DNA of 64,000 nt from positions 181,104,001 through 181,168,000 of the forward strand of contig NC_058368.1 of NCBI RefSeq assembly GCF_018350175.1, read 5' to 3'. Under the pieces are notes generated by a model. It did no database searches. It saw only the letters and a program-made list of their open reading frames with translations, and was not told the DNA's origin. Below, one piece after another: positions 13,128 through 26,766 of the stretch. Numbering within the stretch: the first letter of the stretch is position 1; every line of letters starts with the position of its first letter. This DNA is from Felis catus (Eukaryota). Both the position numbers and the translations under genes were made by a program.

Positions 13128-14309
13128 AATGCCAGCCTTGCAGAGGAGTTGAAAGCATTAGAATAAATCTAAAGTGCCTGGCGTAGTATCTTAAATATAA
13201 TTCAAGAAGTGGTGATTATCTTATTATTATATGCAATAAAAATAAAATAAAGTAAATTATATGTAATGAATCTAATATAATATATTTATTGGTTTTTTTC
13301 TTATGCCAAATGTCAGTCTATTGTTTTATGTTGATGCTTTATAATTCAGCAATTACAACTTTTATGCACAAATTTCAACTCACATACATGGCTGTGGTGC
13401 AGAATAAGCATTCAATAAACATTAAGTAAGTGAATGAGTGAATGGAATGAATGAATAAACTAATCCAAGAAGCTTCTGGATGGGCTTTTCCCTTTCCTCC
13501 ATGTTTCCCTGAGGCACAGTGCTAAATCCCTCAAAATCAGACGAATATTAAGCCACTGAAGCATGGATTAAATCAATTTTTTCCTTCCATTTCAATGAGT
13601 TATTATTTAAAATAAAATCTACAAAGCAATATTTTTAAAAGTCTACATCCCGAAGTAAAACATGGAAATTATCTGATTAATGCAGATAGCCACTCACCAA
13701 TTTATATTCTTGAACTCAAGAGAATCATTTAGCTAATTGTATAGGTGATTATTATGCTTTTCACAGAAGTGTGTATCATGCATTTAGAATTTTTAAATTG
13801 CAACTCCAAGAGAATCCTCTTAAATCTAATTATTGTATACTTAGAATTTTCCATAATCAGCTAAAAGATTATTTATTTCTTTAAAGAAAAAGAAAGCTTT
13901 AAAATATGTGGAAATTCTCTTGTGAGAAGGTGAATTAAACATTTTTAAAAATAAGTAAACTTTTTTTTTAAGTGGATTGAAACATACATTAAAATAACTG
14001 GTCAATGGACAAAAAAAACCCTCTTTCTCATATATTTCTTGCCAAGTATTTGAAGGTGATAATATGATTTTTAAAATGTATCAGTAATTCAGTAATAGAA
14101 TTCTTAAACTTAGGGAAATTCTCTGACGTTTCAGAAAATATTTTGAGATAAAGGGCTGATAAAACTATTGAGTTTAGAAAATGGCTGAAATTCTTTGGAC
14201 TACCTATGTGACTAGTGATTGGTTCAACTTCAAAAGTGCTGTTTCCTTGAATCTGGTCTACTGAGAATACAGATATGCACTTAGAGAACATGCTTAGAAA
14301 AAAATAAAA

Positions 14310-14360
14310 GGAAGGAAGGAAGGAAGGAAGGAAGGAAGGAAGGAAGGAAGGAAGGAAGAA
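14310..14360 (+). repeat. (GGAA)n tetranucleotide microsatellite
   Basis: About 12 units, direct read. Confidence 0.96.
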
Positions 14361-16569
14361 AGGGAGGAGATGCTCAAAGTGGTGGTCTGTTTCTGTCAGT
14401 GGCCTTGGATAGAAGCAAGAGAAGAGCTAGTTTTCAGAACTGTCAATGGTCTGAATTCTCTTTTTACTCAGGGGTTCATCTCATTTTTTTTTAAAGACAC
14501 AAACCTACACTACTTGTATACTTATTTATAAGCTGTATACTTCTGGATCACATCTGCTATATTACATGTTATTAAGTGTCCAGAACATACAAGGATGTGA
14601 TAAAATGCATGAGACGATGTTCAACAGCTCTTTTGTGTGTTACATTTGAGAAACATGGCTCTAGACAATAGCAATATCAGCATTTTAAAATAAAGGATTT
14701 CCCATTTGGGACTTCAACTTGTTAGTAACCTGTAACATTTTGATTTGCCAAAAAGTTAACTCTGGGCCCATCAAGTAAAATTAATGCTTAAATCTTTTAC
14801 TTAATTCCATTAAAACATCTCTTTTTGATGCTCATCTCTTTGTAGCCTAAAAATTTTTTTTCAAGGACAAATGAATGCTTTGGGGAGGCTTCCGAGGTAC
14901 TGAAGGTTTGCTTAACAATTTCTCCCCAGCTAGGTTGGGGAACTTAAGGGATTCAGGTGGGATCACTGAAAGTTAAATACATGGTGAAAGAACTTTATTT
15001 ATGGAGTCATCAATTTTTTTTTTATGAAGCAGGGACTACAGAGAGAACATTGGACTATGAATCAAAAGATGTGGGTGCTAGCACCATAGGTGGTTCTGCA
15101 ACTAAGTAATTGGATGACCTTGATGAAATCATTTAACTTTTTTGCATCTCCCTTAAAAAAAAAATCAGCCAAGTTCCTCAGACATTTATGGAACCTCTTC
15201 TACATGCTTGGTATAATAAGACATAATCACATGAATAATTTTAACTTTGATACTTTTAAGCACCTGTTAAGACTCCAAAAAGAGAATTTCTAACTTTTCT
15301 AAACATTTTCTCTAACTTTGTGGGATTTTAACATTTAAGTCATTTGCAAAGTCTATGCCAAATATCAGCAGAATGCCTTGCTTGTAACAGCAGTCTGGAT
15401 ATGCTTCCTTGGGCTATATGGGAATGCAATCATTGGCCAAATATTCATTATAAACTGTAAGTGTCTTACCAATGGAAACAAATGCCAAGGTTTTCAAATT
15501 CCATATTTTCAAATTTCTTGGATCATCAGAATCACTTGTTGAGCTTTTCTGAATCCCATGTCCCAACCTTGGCATTTATGATTCTGTACATCTGAGCCAC
15601 AAACTTGTTCCAAAGCCTGATTTTTCTAGCAACCAACTCAAAGAGGAAGCCCAAGCAGTTACAACACCCATGGTGTTCATAATACAGAAACAAACCAGTT
15701 GCTAAGGAAAAGCCCAACCATTCCTTATAACAGGAGGAAATTTCTCTCTTGGGATTGAATCAATGAACCAAAGCAGAATTGCTGTTGGTAGTAAAAAATA
15801 CTGCCTTCACATTGGGACTACAAAATGATTTATTATGTTCTTTGAGATATATTTCTAGGGATGGATTTCCATTGATTAATCAAACTTCTCTTTTGAAGAA
15901 CTGTACCTATAGGAGAGTACAGTACCTGACCATGTAAAGTTGTTAGTATTTGTGTAAATATGGAGGAAAAGAAGAAAATAGGAAGAAAAAGGGAGAGAAG
16001 GAGGGAGAGGAACAGAAGTACAGCTCATCGACTAAGACTGTGTTTCCAAGAGCCAAGCTAAACCACACAATGGGTAGGTTGATTGGCTTCACCAATTCAG
16101 TTCTCCTTTAGGAAGATCCCTGAAGTTAACACTTGGAAAGCTTCAGATGAAACTCTACCTGATATTATGAAGTAAATTTGCTTGGATTAAATCCAGCATT
16201 TACCATGTGTTTTCAAGAACATTTTGATCGATTTGCTCTTATTTTCCCTGAATGCCTTCTAAGAACTTTTCTTTCTAAATTCCACTCATTTTTTAAGGGC
16301 CAATTCAAGTCTTGTCTTTCTTTTTTTCCTTTTTTCTTTTTCTGGAAGCTTGTGCCAACAGTTCTAGCCCTAAACATTTCTTCTTCTCAAAACTTTTTGA
16401 ACTGGTGTTAAGTGTTGACAAATAAGTATATCTTCTCAACCTGATAGGGTATAACCTCTTTGAGCAGGGGACCACACCAGATAAGTCTATATACCCCCAA
16501 ATCACTTAGAGAACCTACTCAGGTTCTGCATTATCACCTTTTCTATGGTTGTATTTACTAAACACTGCT

Positions 16570-16820
16570 GGATCCCAAATACCAAGCTCTAGCTTAAACT
16601 TCTTACCTGAGCCACTGCCTTCCAGACATCTTCACATATATATAACGCTACTATCTCAAACTTAAATATCCAAAATTAAACTTCCATTTTCTCATAGATG
16701 TGTTCTTTCAGTGATGTTCTTTATTACAAAACCAGAAACCTTGAAAGTACACTCAATATCTCCCTCTACTAGTTCCCTACTTGCAATGTATAAACTCTGT
16801 CAATTTTATCTCAGAAAATG
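16570..16820 (+). mobile_element. LINE-2 internal fragment
   Basis: ATCTCAAACTTAAATATCCAAAATTAAACT...CCAGAAACCTTGAAAGTACACTC...CTGTCAATTTTATCTC. Confidence 0.6.
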
Positions 16821-16964
16821 ATACAGGATAATAGCAGAAAAATCACACTTTGACACAATAAAATGCTTGTCAAGCCATATCAACTGCTGTTTGTTTTGTT
16901 GTCAATGTGATCAAGAGTGAGGCATTTCCCTTCATGGAGTATTTTTTAAAAATATATTGAATAA

Positions 16965-17181
16965 GGGGCGCCTGGGTGGCTCAGTTGGTTGAGCATCCGA
17001 CTTTGGCTCAGGTCATGATCTCACCATTCATGAGTTGGAGCCCCATGTCAGGCTCTGTGCTGACAGTTCAGAGCCTGGAACCTGGTTCAGATACTGTGTC
17101 TCCCTCTCTGCTGCTCCCCTGCTCACACTCTGTTTCTCTTTCTCTCAAAAATAAATAAACATTAAAAAATTTGTTTTAATA
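16965..17181 (+). mobile_element. Can-SINE (SINEC_Fc2-like) with TSD
   Basis: GGGGCGCCTGGGTGGCTCAGTTGGTT head. AAAAATATATTGAATAA at 16948-16964 and 17182-17198. Confidence 0.95.
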
Positions 17182-17884
17182 AAAAATATATTGAATAAAA
17201 AAAGCTAGATTTGTATAGTGCCTACTTTGTGCTGTGTACTATGCTGGATACTTTACTTTGCACACGTGTGTGTGTGCGTGCGTGCACACGCATGCACTTA
17301 TACTAGTCACCTATACTTTGTCCAGACAAAGTAAAGGGACTGCTTTGCAAGTAAAGGGTGAAAAGCTTAATTACTTCAGGACTCATAATTGATTTATTTC
17401 TCTTAACTGGGGAGATTTAAATATAGCTCCAGTTGGTGGCTGCCTTACAAATATGTGATAAAAGCTGATTCAACACACGGTGCTGAGTAGACATTGATTT
17501 TCTACTCCAGCATCACTTTGGCATTTTATTACATTTACATGTATTCACATATTTTGTAACAGGCCAATTTATTCACAAAGAATACAGACCAATTTTGTCT
17601 AGGAGCATTCTCTATCTTGTAGAGTTACCTGGTGCATTTGGATCCAGGATGCCCTGCCTCACAGATCAGTAGGACTAATACTGCATGCAGGGCAAAGACT
17701 TTCCACTTTACTTTCCTTGACAGGGAGCTTCTAGAGCTCTTTCAATGGGGCCCCATTGAGGGCTGAAAGGATGGGTAAGGCAACATCCATAGAGTCTGTT
17801 TAAAACTACCACTTTGCACTGAAAATTGAGATAGCAGAATGAGACCCATTTGCAGATATTTCTCTGGCATTGAACATACTGCCA

Positions 17885-18690
17885 GGATCAACAAATAATT
17901 GCTGAGCATGTCTTCTACACTAGGCATTGAGGTAGGTGCTAAGGGTCCAACTTGAGCAAAAGTGACCCATTTCTTAGCCTCACAGTGCCCACAGTCAAGA
18001 CAGATGGGCAGATAAATAATCGGATGGATAAACAATTATAACCTACAATTTGGTTATGAAAGGGAAGTCCACAATGTTCATGAGTGGGAATGTATGACAG
18101 GCATCCCAACTTAGTCTGGGGTGGTGGGGAATAAAGGGGGCTTTTCTGAGGAAGCTGAGTTTGAAACAAAATCTAAAGGAGGAATAGAAGTTAACAGGCA
18201 AAGTATAAGGGGGTGGGATGTAGAAGAGCATTCTTAGAAAGGTGAGATGAGACTAAACTGGGAAGAAGCAATGCCAATCAAAAAAGAAGTTCTCTGGGTG
18301 AGAGCTCAGAGACTAAGGTGAGTCTTATGAGGAGTGAAGAGCCAGGCCTTTTCATACCATGTTAAGCAATTTGGTCTGTATTTAATGACAATGGGAAGTC
18401 CCTCCTGAGTTATTTAAGGTATAATGCAGATACAATGATCCAGTTTCTGCTTTAGAACGATTAATCTAGTTGCAAGATAGAGCTGTAATTGTCAGGGCTC
18501 TGTGGACTTGGGGAGAAGAGCTGGTCCTCCAACAAGCACTCAGATGAGAGATGATGGTCACTTGGATGGGGTAGCAGCTGTGAATAGAAAGAGGCTAGGA
18601 GATAGATATTCAGAAAAAAAATTCATCAAAACTTGTGGTGGGTAGAACACAGGACTGATGGGGAAGAAAATAAAAGACATGCCTAGAAAC
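17885..18690 (-). mobile_element. LINE-2 3' fragment
   Basis: CAACAAATAATTGCTGAGCATGTCTTCTACACTAGGCATTG start. Antisense L2 hallmarks include GGCTTTTCTGAGGAAG and GATGAGAGATGATGGTCACTTGGA. Confidence 0.78.
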
Positions 18691-18882
18691 CACTTTGTCC
18701 TTTGTAGAAAAAAAAATTCTCATTTTTATTTTAAACTTTGCCATTTGTCATTTATTCCTTTGCTCCCAACAACTGACTTCTTTTTTTAAAAATATCAATA
18801 CACAAGTGAGTTTTAAACTAATTCGTATTCGCTTCTTTGGGATTAGAATAAACGTATCATGGATTTGGAAATTAGCTAGGAC

Positions 18883-19100
18883 AGGGAGGCATGGTGGAAA
18901 CACATGGGCTAGGTAATCAGACTTGGGTTCAGTTTCCAGGTCTTAATTACTAGCCATGGACAATCATTTCATCTCTCTGCATCGTAGTTGTTCAATCTGT
19001 AAAATGGCATTTTAATACATACTTCACAGGTTAGTCATGAGGATAAAATAAAGGGTATAAAGTGTAGGTATATGGTAAATTCTCAGTAAAAGTTAGCTGC
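18883..19100 (+). mobile_element. MIR SINE
   Basis: TCAGACTTGGGTTCAGTTTCCAG...ATCTGTAAAATGG...TTCACAGGTTAGTCATGAGGATAAAAT. Confidence 0.75.
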
Positions 19101-19139
19101 ATTTCTAACTTCAGCAACTCCACATTGAAGAGGCAGTGA

Positions 19140-19650
19140 TAGAGTCTGTCAAATTCCATGCTAGGGCCTAGAAAACCATATATAATCTGGCTTCTCCTGA
19201 ACCATCTTCTACTATATGTTCTTTAATTTCTACACCTCAGCCATGTAAAATTTCTATTTCTTGGCATACCCAGATGAGTTCTATTTTAGGACCTTGCTGT
19301 AGCTATTTCCTCTGCCTGGAACACTCTAGATCTTTCCACAGCTGGCACCTCCTCATGGTTTAAGCTTCAAATGGCAAACTCTCAATATGGCCTTCCCTGT
19401 CCACACTCTATGAAGTAGTCCCCTTTCTTGTTATCTTCCATTCCACTGTTTCATTGTATTTTCTTCACAGCCTAAATCACTAGCTAAGGTTATTGTGTTT
19501 ATTTACTTGCAAGCTTACAGATTGTCTTTTCCAACTATAATGCAAGCAACAAAAGGGCAGGATCTCATCTATCTTATATCCCTAACAGCTGCAATAGTAT
19601 ATGACACGCAGTAGGCATTCAATTAATGACTGTTGAATGAGTGAATAAAT
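19140..19650 (+). mobile_element. LINE-2 3' end (L2a-like)
   Basis: TTCCTCTGCCTGGAACACTCT...GGCCTTCCCTGTCCAC...GTAGGCATTCAATTAATGACTGTTGAATGAGTGAAT. Confidence 0.82.
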
Positions 19651-19754
19651 TAATAATAACCATAAGTACTATGAAAGAGGAGTAATCTCTGCCAATGATC
19701 CAAAACCCTGTTATGGTTACACAAGGGCTGGGAGCACTTTCCTAGATATCATCT

Positions 19755-19810
19755 CTATCTATCTATCATCTATCTATCTATCTACCTACCTACCTACCTA
19801 CCTACCTATC
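19755..19810 (+). repeat. Compound (TATC)n(TACC)n microsatellite
   Basis: Direct read. Confidence 0.9.
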
Positions 19811-20619
19811 ACCTCCATCTTCATCACTTTGCCTCAGGAGGTGATTTCCCACTCTGGGGTTTTGCCAGTGGAGAAAATATACAGCTCCATGTATTTCTGC
19901 ATTGCTAATTTCCTGTCTGAGCTGTGGCATTCTTAGAATTGCATTCCTAGGATACTGATCCTGGTTGTCATTAAATATACTAGAAAAGATGATTCTGTTT
20001 TAAATAAGAAATGTTTAGGGAAGTGTGAGAAGTTTAATTTGAGATTTTTTTCAAGACTAACTGTTGCTGAAATCATCACAAATTACCTGGACCCTCTAAG
20101 TCACTCAAGGGAGTAGATTTGGACTTCCCACAGCATTATCCCATTTCTTCTTCTTAAAAACAAACAAATAAAAAAAAAAAAGAAAACTTTTTACACAGAG
20201 ACTGAATCGCAACAAGATATAACAAGAAGTCCATTTGTGGGTGATTATAATGCACCCTGGGTGGTGTCATAGGCACAAGAAGTACAATAATTTCTCCAAA
20301 TCCCAGAGAGTTTCATTGCCTTAATATAACAGACTATATAATGATGAGAAAACCAGATGTCTGTATTTACTGGACACTGCAAAGGTGAGCATGGAATGTT
20401 ATTATCACTTCATCAGTAAGCCTTAAGGGTGTTCAGAATCTGAAAAACACCATCCTGGCTTATGTTCTAGTGTGAAGTCACTTCATGTACCTATTCGGCC
20501 CTGGATTTTCCCACTTATTTCAACCATTTTGGTCCAGAGAGACTGGGGTATGATACAAGTCAAGTGAAAAATTTGTACCAAAGAGAGCACATGCATAAGA
20601 TTTAAGTATACAAACATAC

Positions 20620-20810
20620 AGAACCTTAAGCACGTTCCATAGATATGATGTGGGTTATCTTATTTAACCTCACGAGAACCCTAGGTGGTAAGGACTATCA
20701 ATGTCCTCATTTTACAGATGAAAAGACTGAGGCTGGCAGAAGTTAGGAAATTCACCCAAGGGCATTCATCTAGAAAGTGGTACACCAGAATTTAAATCTA
20801 GGGCTCTCTT
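20620..20810 (-). mobile_element. MIR SINE
   Basis: ATCTTATTTAACCTCACGAGAACCCTAGG...CTCATTTTACAGATGAAAAGACTGAGGCT. Confidence 0.82.
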
Positions 20811-23016
20811 TCTCAATCAATCTCTCTTCTTCATTTCTTTTAGAAGTGAAAACTTTAACACTAAACCATTTAGCCCATTTCAACATCTTGTTCTACCCCT
20901 TTTACGCTATGAGACATTGAATGTGTAAGCTCAACTTTTCTAACATAGAAAGGAGTGATGATAATAGGATTTACTTCATTAATGTTTTTCAGAGTTAATA
21001 CAGTAGAGTACTCGACTTGTGCTAAGTGCTTAATAAATATGAAAATTATCCACATCAGGACTTTATGCAAAGCTCTATGCCTGACTCAACTGTGAAGATC
21101 CAATGGCAGAAGCTTCTTTTAGATGGTTGCCAATATATTTGGAACACAACACAAGCAATGCACAGTTAAAAAGTCAACGAGGAATACCAGGGTGTAAGAG
21201 TAAATGGTCAACTGCAGAATATTAACAATAACACTGAGTGAAAGGCTTTTTCTATCCTTATTTAATTCCTACCATGTTCCTACAAAGTAGGAACTCAGGC
21301 CAGAGAGGTTATTTGTTTCAAGACTGTATAATTAGCAAGTAGCGGAAGCAAAATTTAAGCTGAGGTCAGTTCACTCTAAAGCCTCCATTTTTTATGCCAT
21401 ACTGCTTCCTTTCTACTGACATAGAAGCTCAGGGATGAAGGGAATCAGCTTGTATGAGGAGGACAAGAATGTTGTAGAAAGGAGGAGGTGTTGACTGGGA
21501 CCTAGAGCATATTTTAAGGAGGTACAACACCATGGCAGTAGAAAAAATGTCAGACCGTGAGCAAGGAAGAAAGAACATACAAGGCATAACCTTATGAGAG
21601 AAGAAAATGAACTCCAACATTGAAAATGTAAGGAAAAACAGACCAAGAAGAACTGTAAATGTTCAACTTCAGCTTTTGGGTCACCTCTACAAGTAATGGA
21701 AACGAGTGAGATTTTTCAGTAGGGCACTGAAAAGAAGACAACAATGTCTTTGGAAACAATCCATATGACAGGAATATGCAATATAAAGAAGGAGAAGTCA
21801 CTTCAGAAGTTGGTGAAGAAAACAACAAAAAAAGAGTAATGAAGACCAGAAGTCAGAACTGAAAGATAAATACAGATGAGTTACTGAAAGTCAGGTTCCA
21901 AGTAGGCTAGGGCAGCCTTATGAGGGCTAGGGCTGTGTGTTAAACTTTTTCTAAAGCGTGGGCGGAGAAACTTGACATGTAACTTGACTGCTTTTCAACT
22001 GCAAAGTTCTCTAGAGATATATGGCATTCTTGTGAGCATCCTTATTTTGTGTAAACCTATAGACACTTTATTTTTGGCATCTTATTCAAAATAATGTGGA
22101 ACTCTCTAGACATGTGTAGCATAGTTTAAAGTAATAGGGGTAGAGTTGGAGCAAGGATGAGTTTCTGGTCTTGAGGAATCAAAGCCTTCTAAGGGCTTAC
22201 TGGGACATATCAAATATACATCCTGAGGATATTGAGGTTGTTAGGAAAATGGTTGTTAGAATCATTGTTTTTTTTCCACAGCATAATACCAACAGGTGAA
22301 CTCCAACATTTGGTCTCTACATTGATAATAGGACTCCACAATCTCCTTTTCAAAGGAAACTCATATACTGAATAATCAGAGTCCAGATGAAATCCAGTTA
22401 ATAGCTGAAATTGCTGTTTTCTTTAGTGTGTTGCCTTATCTCTTTTTAACAAGCCTTACTTACTAGGGTAATTGCATTGAATTCAATCCATTATCTATGG
22501 ATTAATTCATTAGGGTGGTTTAAACTTTGGGGAAATGGATGGGTTTTAACAGCCCTCCCCTCAATTCCACAAATCGACACTGTAAAACAAGTCTGTGCCA
22601 TTTTTATGGAGGTTCCAATTCATGAAATAAAAATCAATGAAGACATTTCCTTTCCAAGCCCTCATGTCATTGTTATGCTCCCTTGGTTGCATGGAAAGCC
22701 TTTGGGTAAAAGGAGGACAACTCTAATCAGAAAGAGAGTCATTGTCTTCAGAAAGCGTGAACAATGCATTTCTGGGCCAGTGCCCTTACCACTGTGACGG
22801 CCCCTTGTGTTACTGCCTTCGGGAACAAAGCTACAGAACCAGATAGTCATTGTCAGTCAGGGGGCTGGTATGGGGAAAGTACCTAGAAACCAAGATTAAT
22901 CTTTGTCTGAAAGCAAAGTAAGGGTGATTATCACGAGAGTGTCAATGATTTCCTTTTTTCTTGATGTGGTCCTTTGCAAGTGATTTTAGTTGGTGAATAG
23001 ATTTGGTTAAGTATGG

Positions 23017-23207
23017 CAGTGGTTCCCAAACACTGTTCTTATGGGCTATATCAGAGTCACCTAGAGCTTTAAAAAACAATAACAATTCTCAGGGCTCTAT
23101 GAGAAAGAACTTATGATTTAGTAGATCTGGGCTCATGGCCAGGAATCTCTATTTTTAAAAAGCTTCAGGTGAGTCATATATGCAAAATCTATGTTTATAA
23201 ACCACTG
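23017..23207. mobile_element. MER5-family hAT-Charlie MITE
   Basis: Terminal inverted repeats CAGTGGTT...AACCACTG. Internal ATCAGAGTCACCT and CCAGGAATCTCTATTTTTAAAAAGCT. Confidence 0.8.
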
Positions 23208-23532
23208 ACCTAGACGTGTTTCTGTTTTCTATTAAAAAAAAAACAGCCACTTAGTCAAATTGGTAGGGAAGACTGGAATTGTTTTATATATGACATCAAT
23301 AAATGGTTTTAATTTTATTAAACATATCAACCAATCTCAGAAGCCATGCCAGAAATACACAGCATAAAAACCACATAATATTGTCCAACCTGAGACCATT
23401 CTGTGTACCTGGAAGAAACTTGTGTCCCACACTGAACTTCTGATCACATTTTGAGACCAGTAAAGAAAAAAAAACTGACAATCTACCAATTTGTGGTATA
23501 TATTATAAAAGTTAAAAATTGCAGGAATGTGA

Positions 23533-24279
23533 TGTAATAGTTTTAAAATGTGTCCACGGGGTGCCTGGGTGGCTCAGTCAGTTCAGCATATGACTCTTGA
23601 TTTTGGCTCAGGTCATGATCTCCTGGCTTATGGGATCGAGCCCTGCATTGGGCTCCATGCTGACAGCACTGAGCCTGCTTGGGATTCTCTCTGATGCTCT
23701 CTGCCCCTCCCCCACTCATTCTCAATCTCTCTCTCTCTCTCGAAATAAGTACATAAACTTCAAAAAATAAAATATGTTCACAAACTCTTTGACACTTTTT
23801 TCTCTCGAAGGCAGAGCCTAATCTTTCTCCCTTTGACTGTGGGCTAGATTTAGTGATTCCCTTCTAATGAACAGAATGTGGCAGAAATAACACCAAGTCC
23901 CAAAGATGGGTCATAAAAGACATTTCTCCTTTTTCTCTTTTGAATCTCCTACTTTGAGGGAAGCAAGCTGCCATGTTATGAGAACATTCAAGCAACTTGT
24001 GGAAGAACCCCAGCTGGGGAAGAACTTGGGCCTCCTACCAGCCATGTAAATAAGCTACCTAGGAAACAGATCCTCTGGCTCCAGAAAACCCTTCAGATGA
24101 TACAGTTGGTGCACAAATCTTGACTGTAACTTCATGAGAGGTCTTAAACCAGGGCTGCCTTATTAATCCACTACCAAATTTCTGACCCACAAAACTAAGA
24201 GCATTATTAAATACTTATTATTGTTTAAAGCCATTAAGTGGTGGGATAATTCATTACACAGCAGTAGATAACTGATATA
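23533..24279 (+). mobile_element. MLT1F-like MaLR solo LTR, interrupted by a Can-SINE
   Basis: TGTAATAGTTTTAAAATGTGTCCAC|AAACTCTTTGACACT...GGGAAGCAAGCTGCCATGTT...AAGCCATTAAGT...GCAGTAGATAACTGATATA. Confidence 0.85.
23558..23768 (+). mobile_element. Can-SINE inserted in the MLT1 LTR
   Basis: GGGGTGCCTGGGTGGCTCAG head, (CT)n, A tail. Diverged TSD AAAATGTGTCCAC / AAAATATGTTCAC. Confidence 0.93.
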
Positions 24280-25362
24280 CCTGTGAAGACTTTCCTCATG
24301 TAACTTACATTTGTTTTTACCTCCACCCCTATGTGTTCCTTTTCTGAGATACACAGACCCATAAAAAATTATCACATATACACCAGTAAATATTTCATAA
24401 TTCATAAGCATTGTTGTAAGTACAGTCCCTAAAATAACTGTATAAGTAATAATTAAATAATAAAATTTTGGATGGCATCAGCAAGGTGGTATATGATAAT
24501 AAAACAGTTAAGGTAAACATGAGCTAAAACATAAATCTGAATACTAGGGGGGCAGATTTTAATCAGGAAATGGTTCTTGTAATTTACAAGGCCACATCAT
24601 AGCAGATTAAACATTGGGAACAACAGGCGGCTGCAGTAGACAATGTGAAAAATCTTAGCCCTAGCTTTGCCAATATTTTGCAAAGAGCAAATGAGGAAGA
24701 GCAGAGGCTAGGATTAGAACACAGGTGAGGAGGAGGAATGCCAAAATTCACCGCAAAAGGAATGTGAAAATTCTCTGTTTTTGGTAAACCAGCCATGATT
24801 CAAAGTAGTGATTTGCTAAATGAGGCTCCAAGGAATGGAACACTGACAATCAGCAAATAGTTAAGAGGGGAACACTTCCTTCGTGAAGCAGGATGAGTGT
24901 AAATGCAAGAAGCAACCTTGTTTATAGCTCTCTGTATTATGTTATGTATCTGCAGATAAACACTTCAGCTAAGTGTTTGGTACCAAGATTATAGAATATA
25001 TTTTGTCATTCCCAACAAATTTTCTTGTAATGAAGTCCTAAGTTAAAAGATGCCATCAGCTGTTGTTAAAGAAAGGTTCTTGAATCTCAAAGTCTCAATG
25101 GACAGAGTCAAATATCTGAGGCCCATGACAGTCTTTTAAACTGGATGAGTACCTTGTTACATCAGGATTTTGTCTTTAGAGAGTTTAAGAAGTAGTACCT
25201 AAGTTAAATAATAAATATTGGCAAATAAAACAGGCAACCACCTAACTTTTAAATAATTATTGAAATCTCCCAAAGGAGATAGACTTTATTTGGCTATAAT
25301 TGGGAAAAAAAGAAAGAAACAAAATCAAACAGTCAGCTGCTCCCCTAGCATCCCCACTTAAC

Positions 25363-25363
<1 letters not shown>

Positions 25364-25403
<40 letters not shown>
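25364..25403 (+). repeat. (CA)n microsatellite
   Basis: About 20 units, direct read. Confidence 0.96.
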
Positions 25404-25406
<3 letters not shown>

Positions 25407-26766
25407 TCCCAAAACTTAGTAGCTGCACAAGCAGGGAAAAAGATGGAGGTGGGAGAAAAAGATCAAGGCCTGAGTCGGTCTTGCCAGGATTCCTTCAGAA
25501 ACCAATGGCTGAAACGGCCAGTTGTGAGGCAATTGTGAATGGTGGGGAGTGTGCTCACCTAATGCATTCAAATTCAATTGAAAAAATCACTGTGCTGGCT
25601 AAAATAAATCCTGTTGGCCACAATGTATCCTGCAGACTGCCAGATTGCAATAATGTCAGGTTTGGTGGCAAACACAGGGTTAAGGAGGAAGTTAAAATTG
25701 CATTGGCTAAGTGGACTGGAGGTGCTGAAAGCAAATCTGAAAGAGGGTAAAAAGAAAATTCTCATGCTTTTTTGAAATGATAAAGAGAAATCAGAGAAGC
25801 TGGGAAAAGGGGATTCACTCATTCCCGGTAATTTTGTGTAGAAATCATATCATTAAATAAAACCAGACAACAAAAATAATAATAGGTGGAACTTGGTACT
25901 GGAAAGTGAAAGAAATACAGTCTCCTATTTTTTCAGGGGTGGATGAGAGGACTTGACTAAATGATCTACATTCGAAGCAGTTGGCTCAGAAACAAGAAAT
26001 GGAAGCCCTATTTCTTGGGCTAGGAACCTCAAAGCAAATTTCACCCTTCTGCCATCTTGGGCAGTGCCTTACAGTGTCATTTTATTCTACTTTATTTTTT
26101 GGACAGGATTTTAAGAGAATTTTGTTTAAAAAGATCAGCCTTTTTTTTTTTTTTTTTTGGTTTGTTTCCCCTGCCACAAGTACAAACAATGGTATATTTT
26201 GTTTGGAAACAGCAGCAAGAGAAATGGATTGATGACATGTGCAGCTTTGACAAGACAGTGAAAGAGTGGAATATCATAAAAGAGCAAACAAAACAAAAAC
26301 CCTAAAGATGAAATGAAGGAATTTCTATCCTCCCGACCTCCTCTTTGGCTGTTTGGAATGGAATACACATACAGCAAAAATAGCTCTGAAGCCGTGTCCC
26401 TCCTCCTGGCTGAGGGTCTGTCATTTTCATCCTTGGAAACACTACTTTTAGCAATTGCCATGTCTCCAGTGTTTGAAGGATTTTCAAAAACACAATGTAC
26501 TTGGAGAAGGAACAATTCCTTCTCACTTGAACTGTGTGGTATGGCTTAATCTTAGTGCTGAATCTTTTCCTCTGCGATCTTCCTAACAACTGAATAGGGG
26601 AAAGCAAGGACCCTACATCTTTGCCAACATGTGGATAGAACTTCTCAAAGGTAGAAGTTTACTATGAATCGCAACCTATTTTATTGTTATCCAGTTTGTT
26701 TTCTTTTAAAGATTAGTTCATCAAGGCAATATGCGTTTTTAACACATGGCTTTCTTTATGTCACTG

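Noticed and set aside
16965..17040. tRNA-like A/B boxes
   Set aside because: These are tRNA-derived Can-SINE heads, not tRNA genes
21420..21870. Purine-rich stretch with faint RTE-like or antisense L2-like character
   Set aside because: Motifs too weak to assign a family by eye
26135..26607. Overlapping 78-126 aa ORFs on both strands
   Set aside because: No recognisable protein and no convincing splice-site pair; consistent with chance in unique DNA
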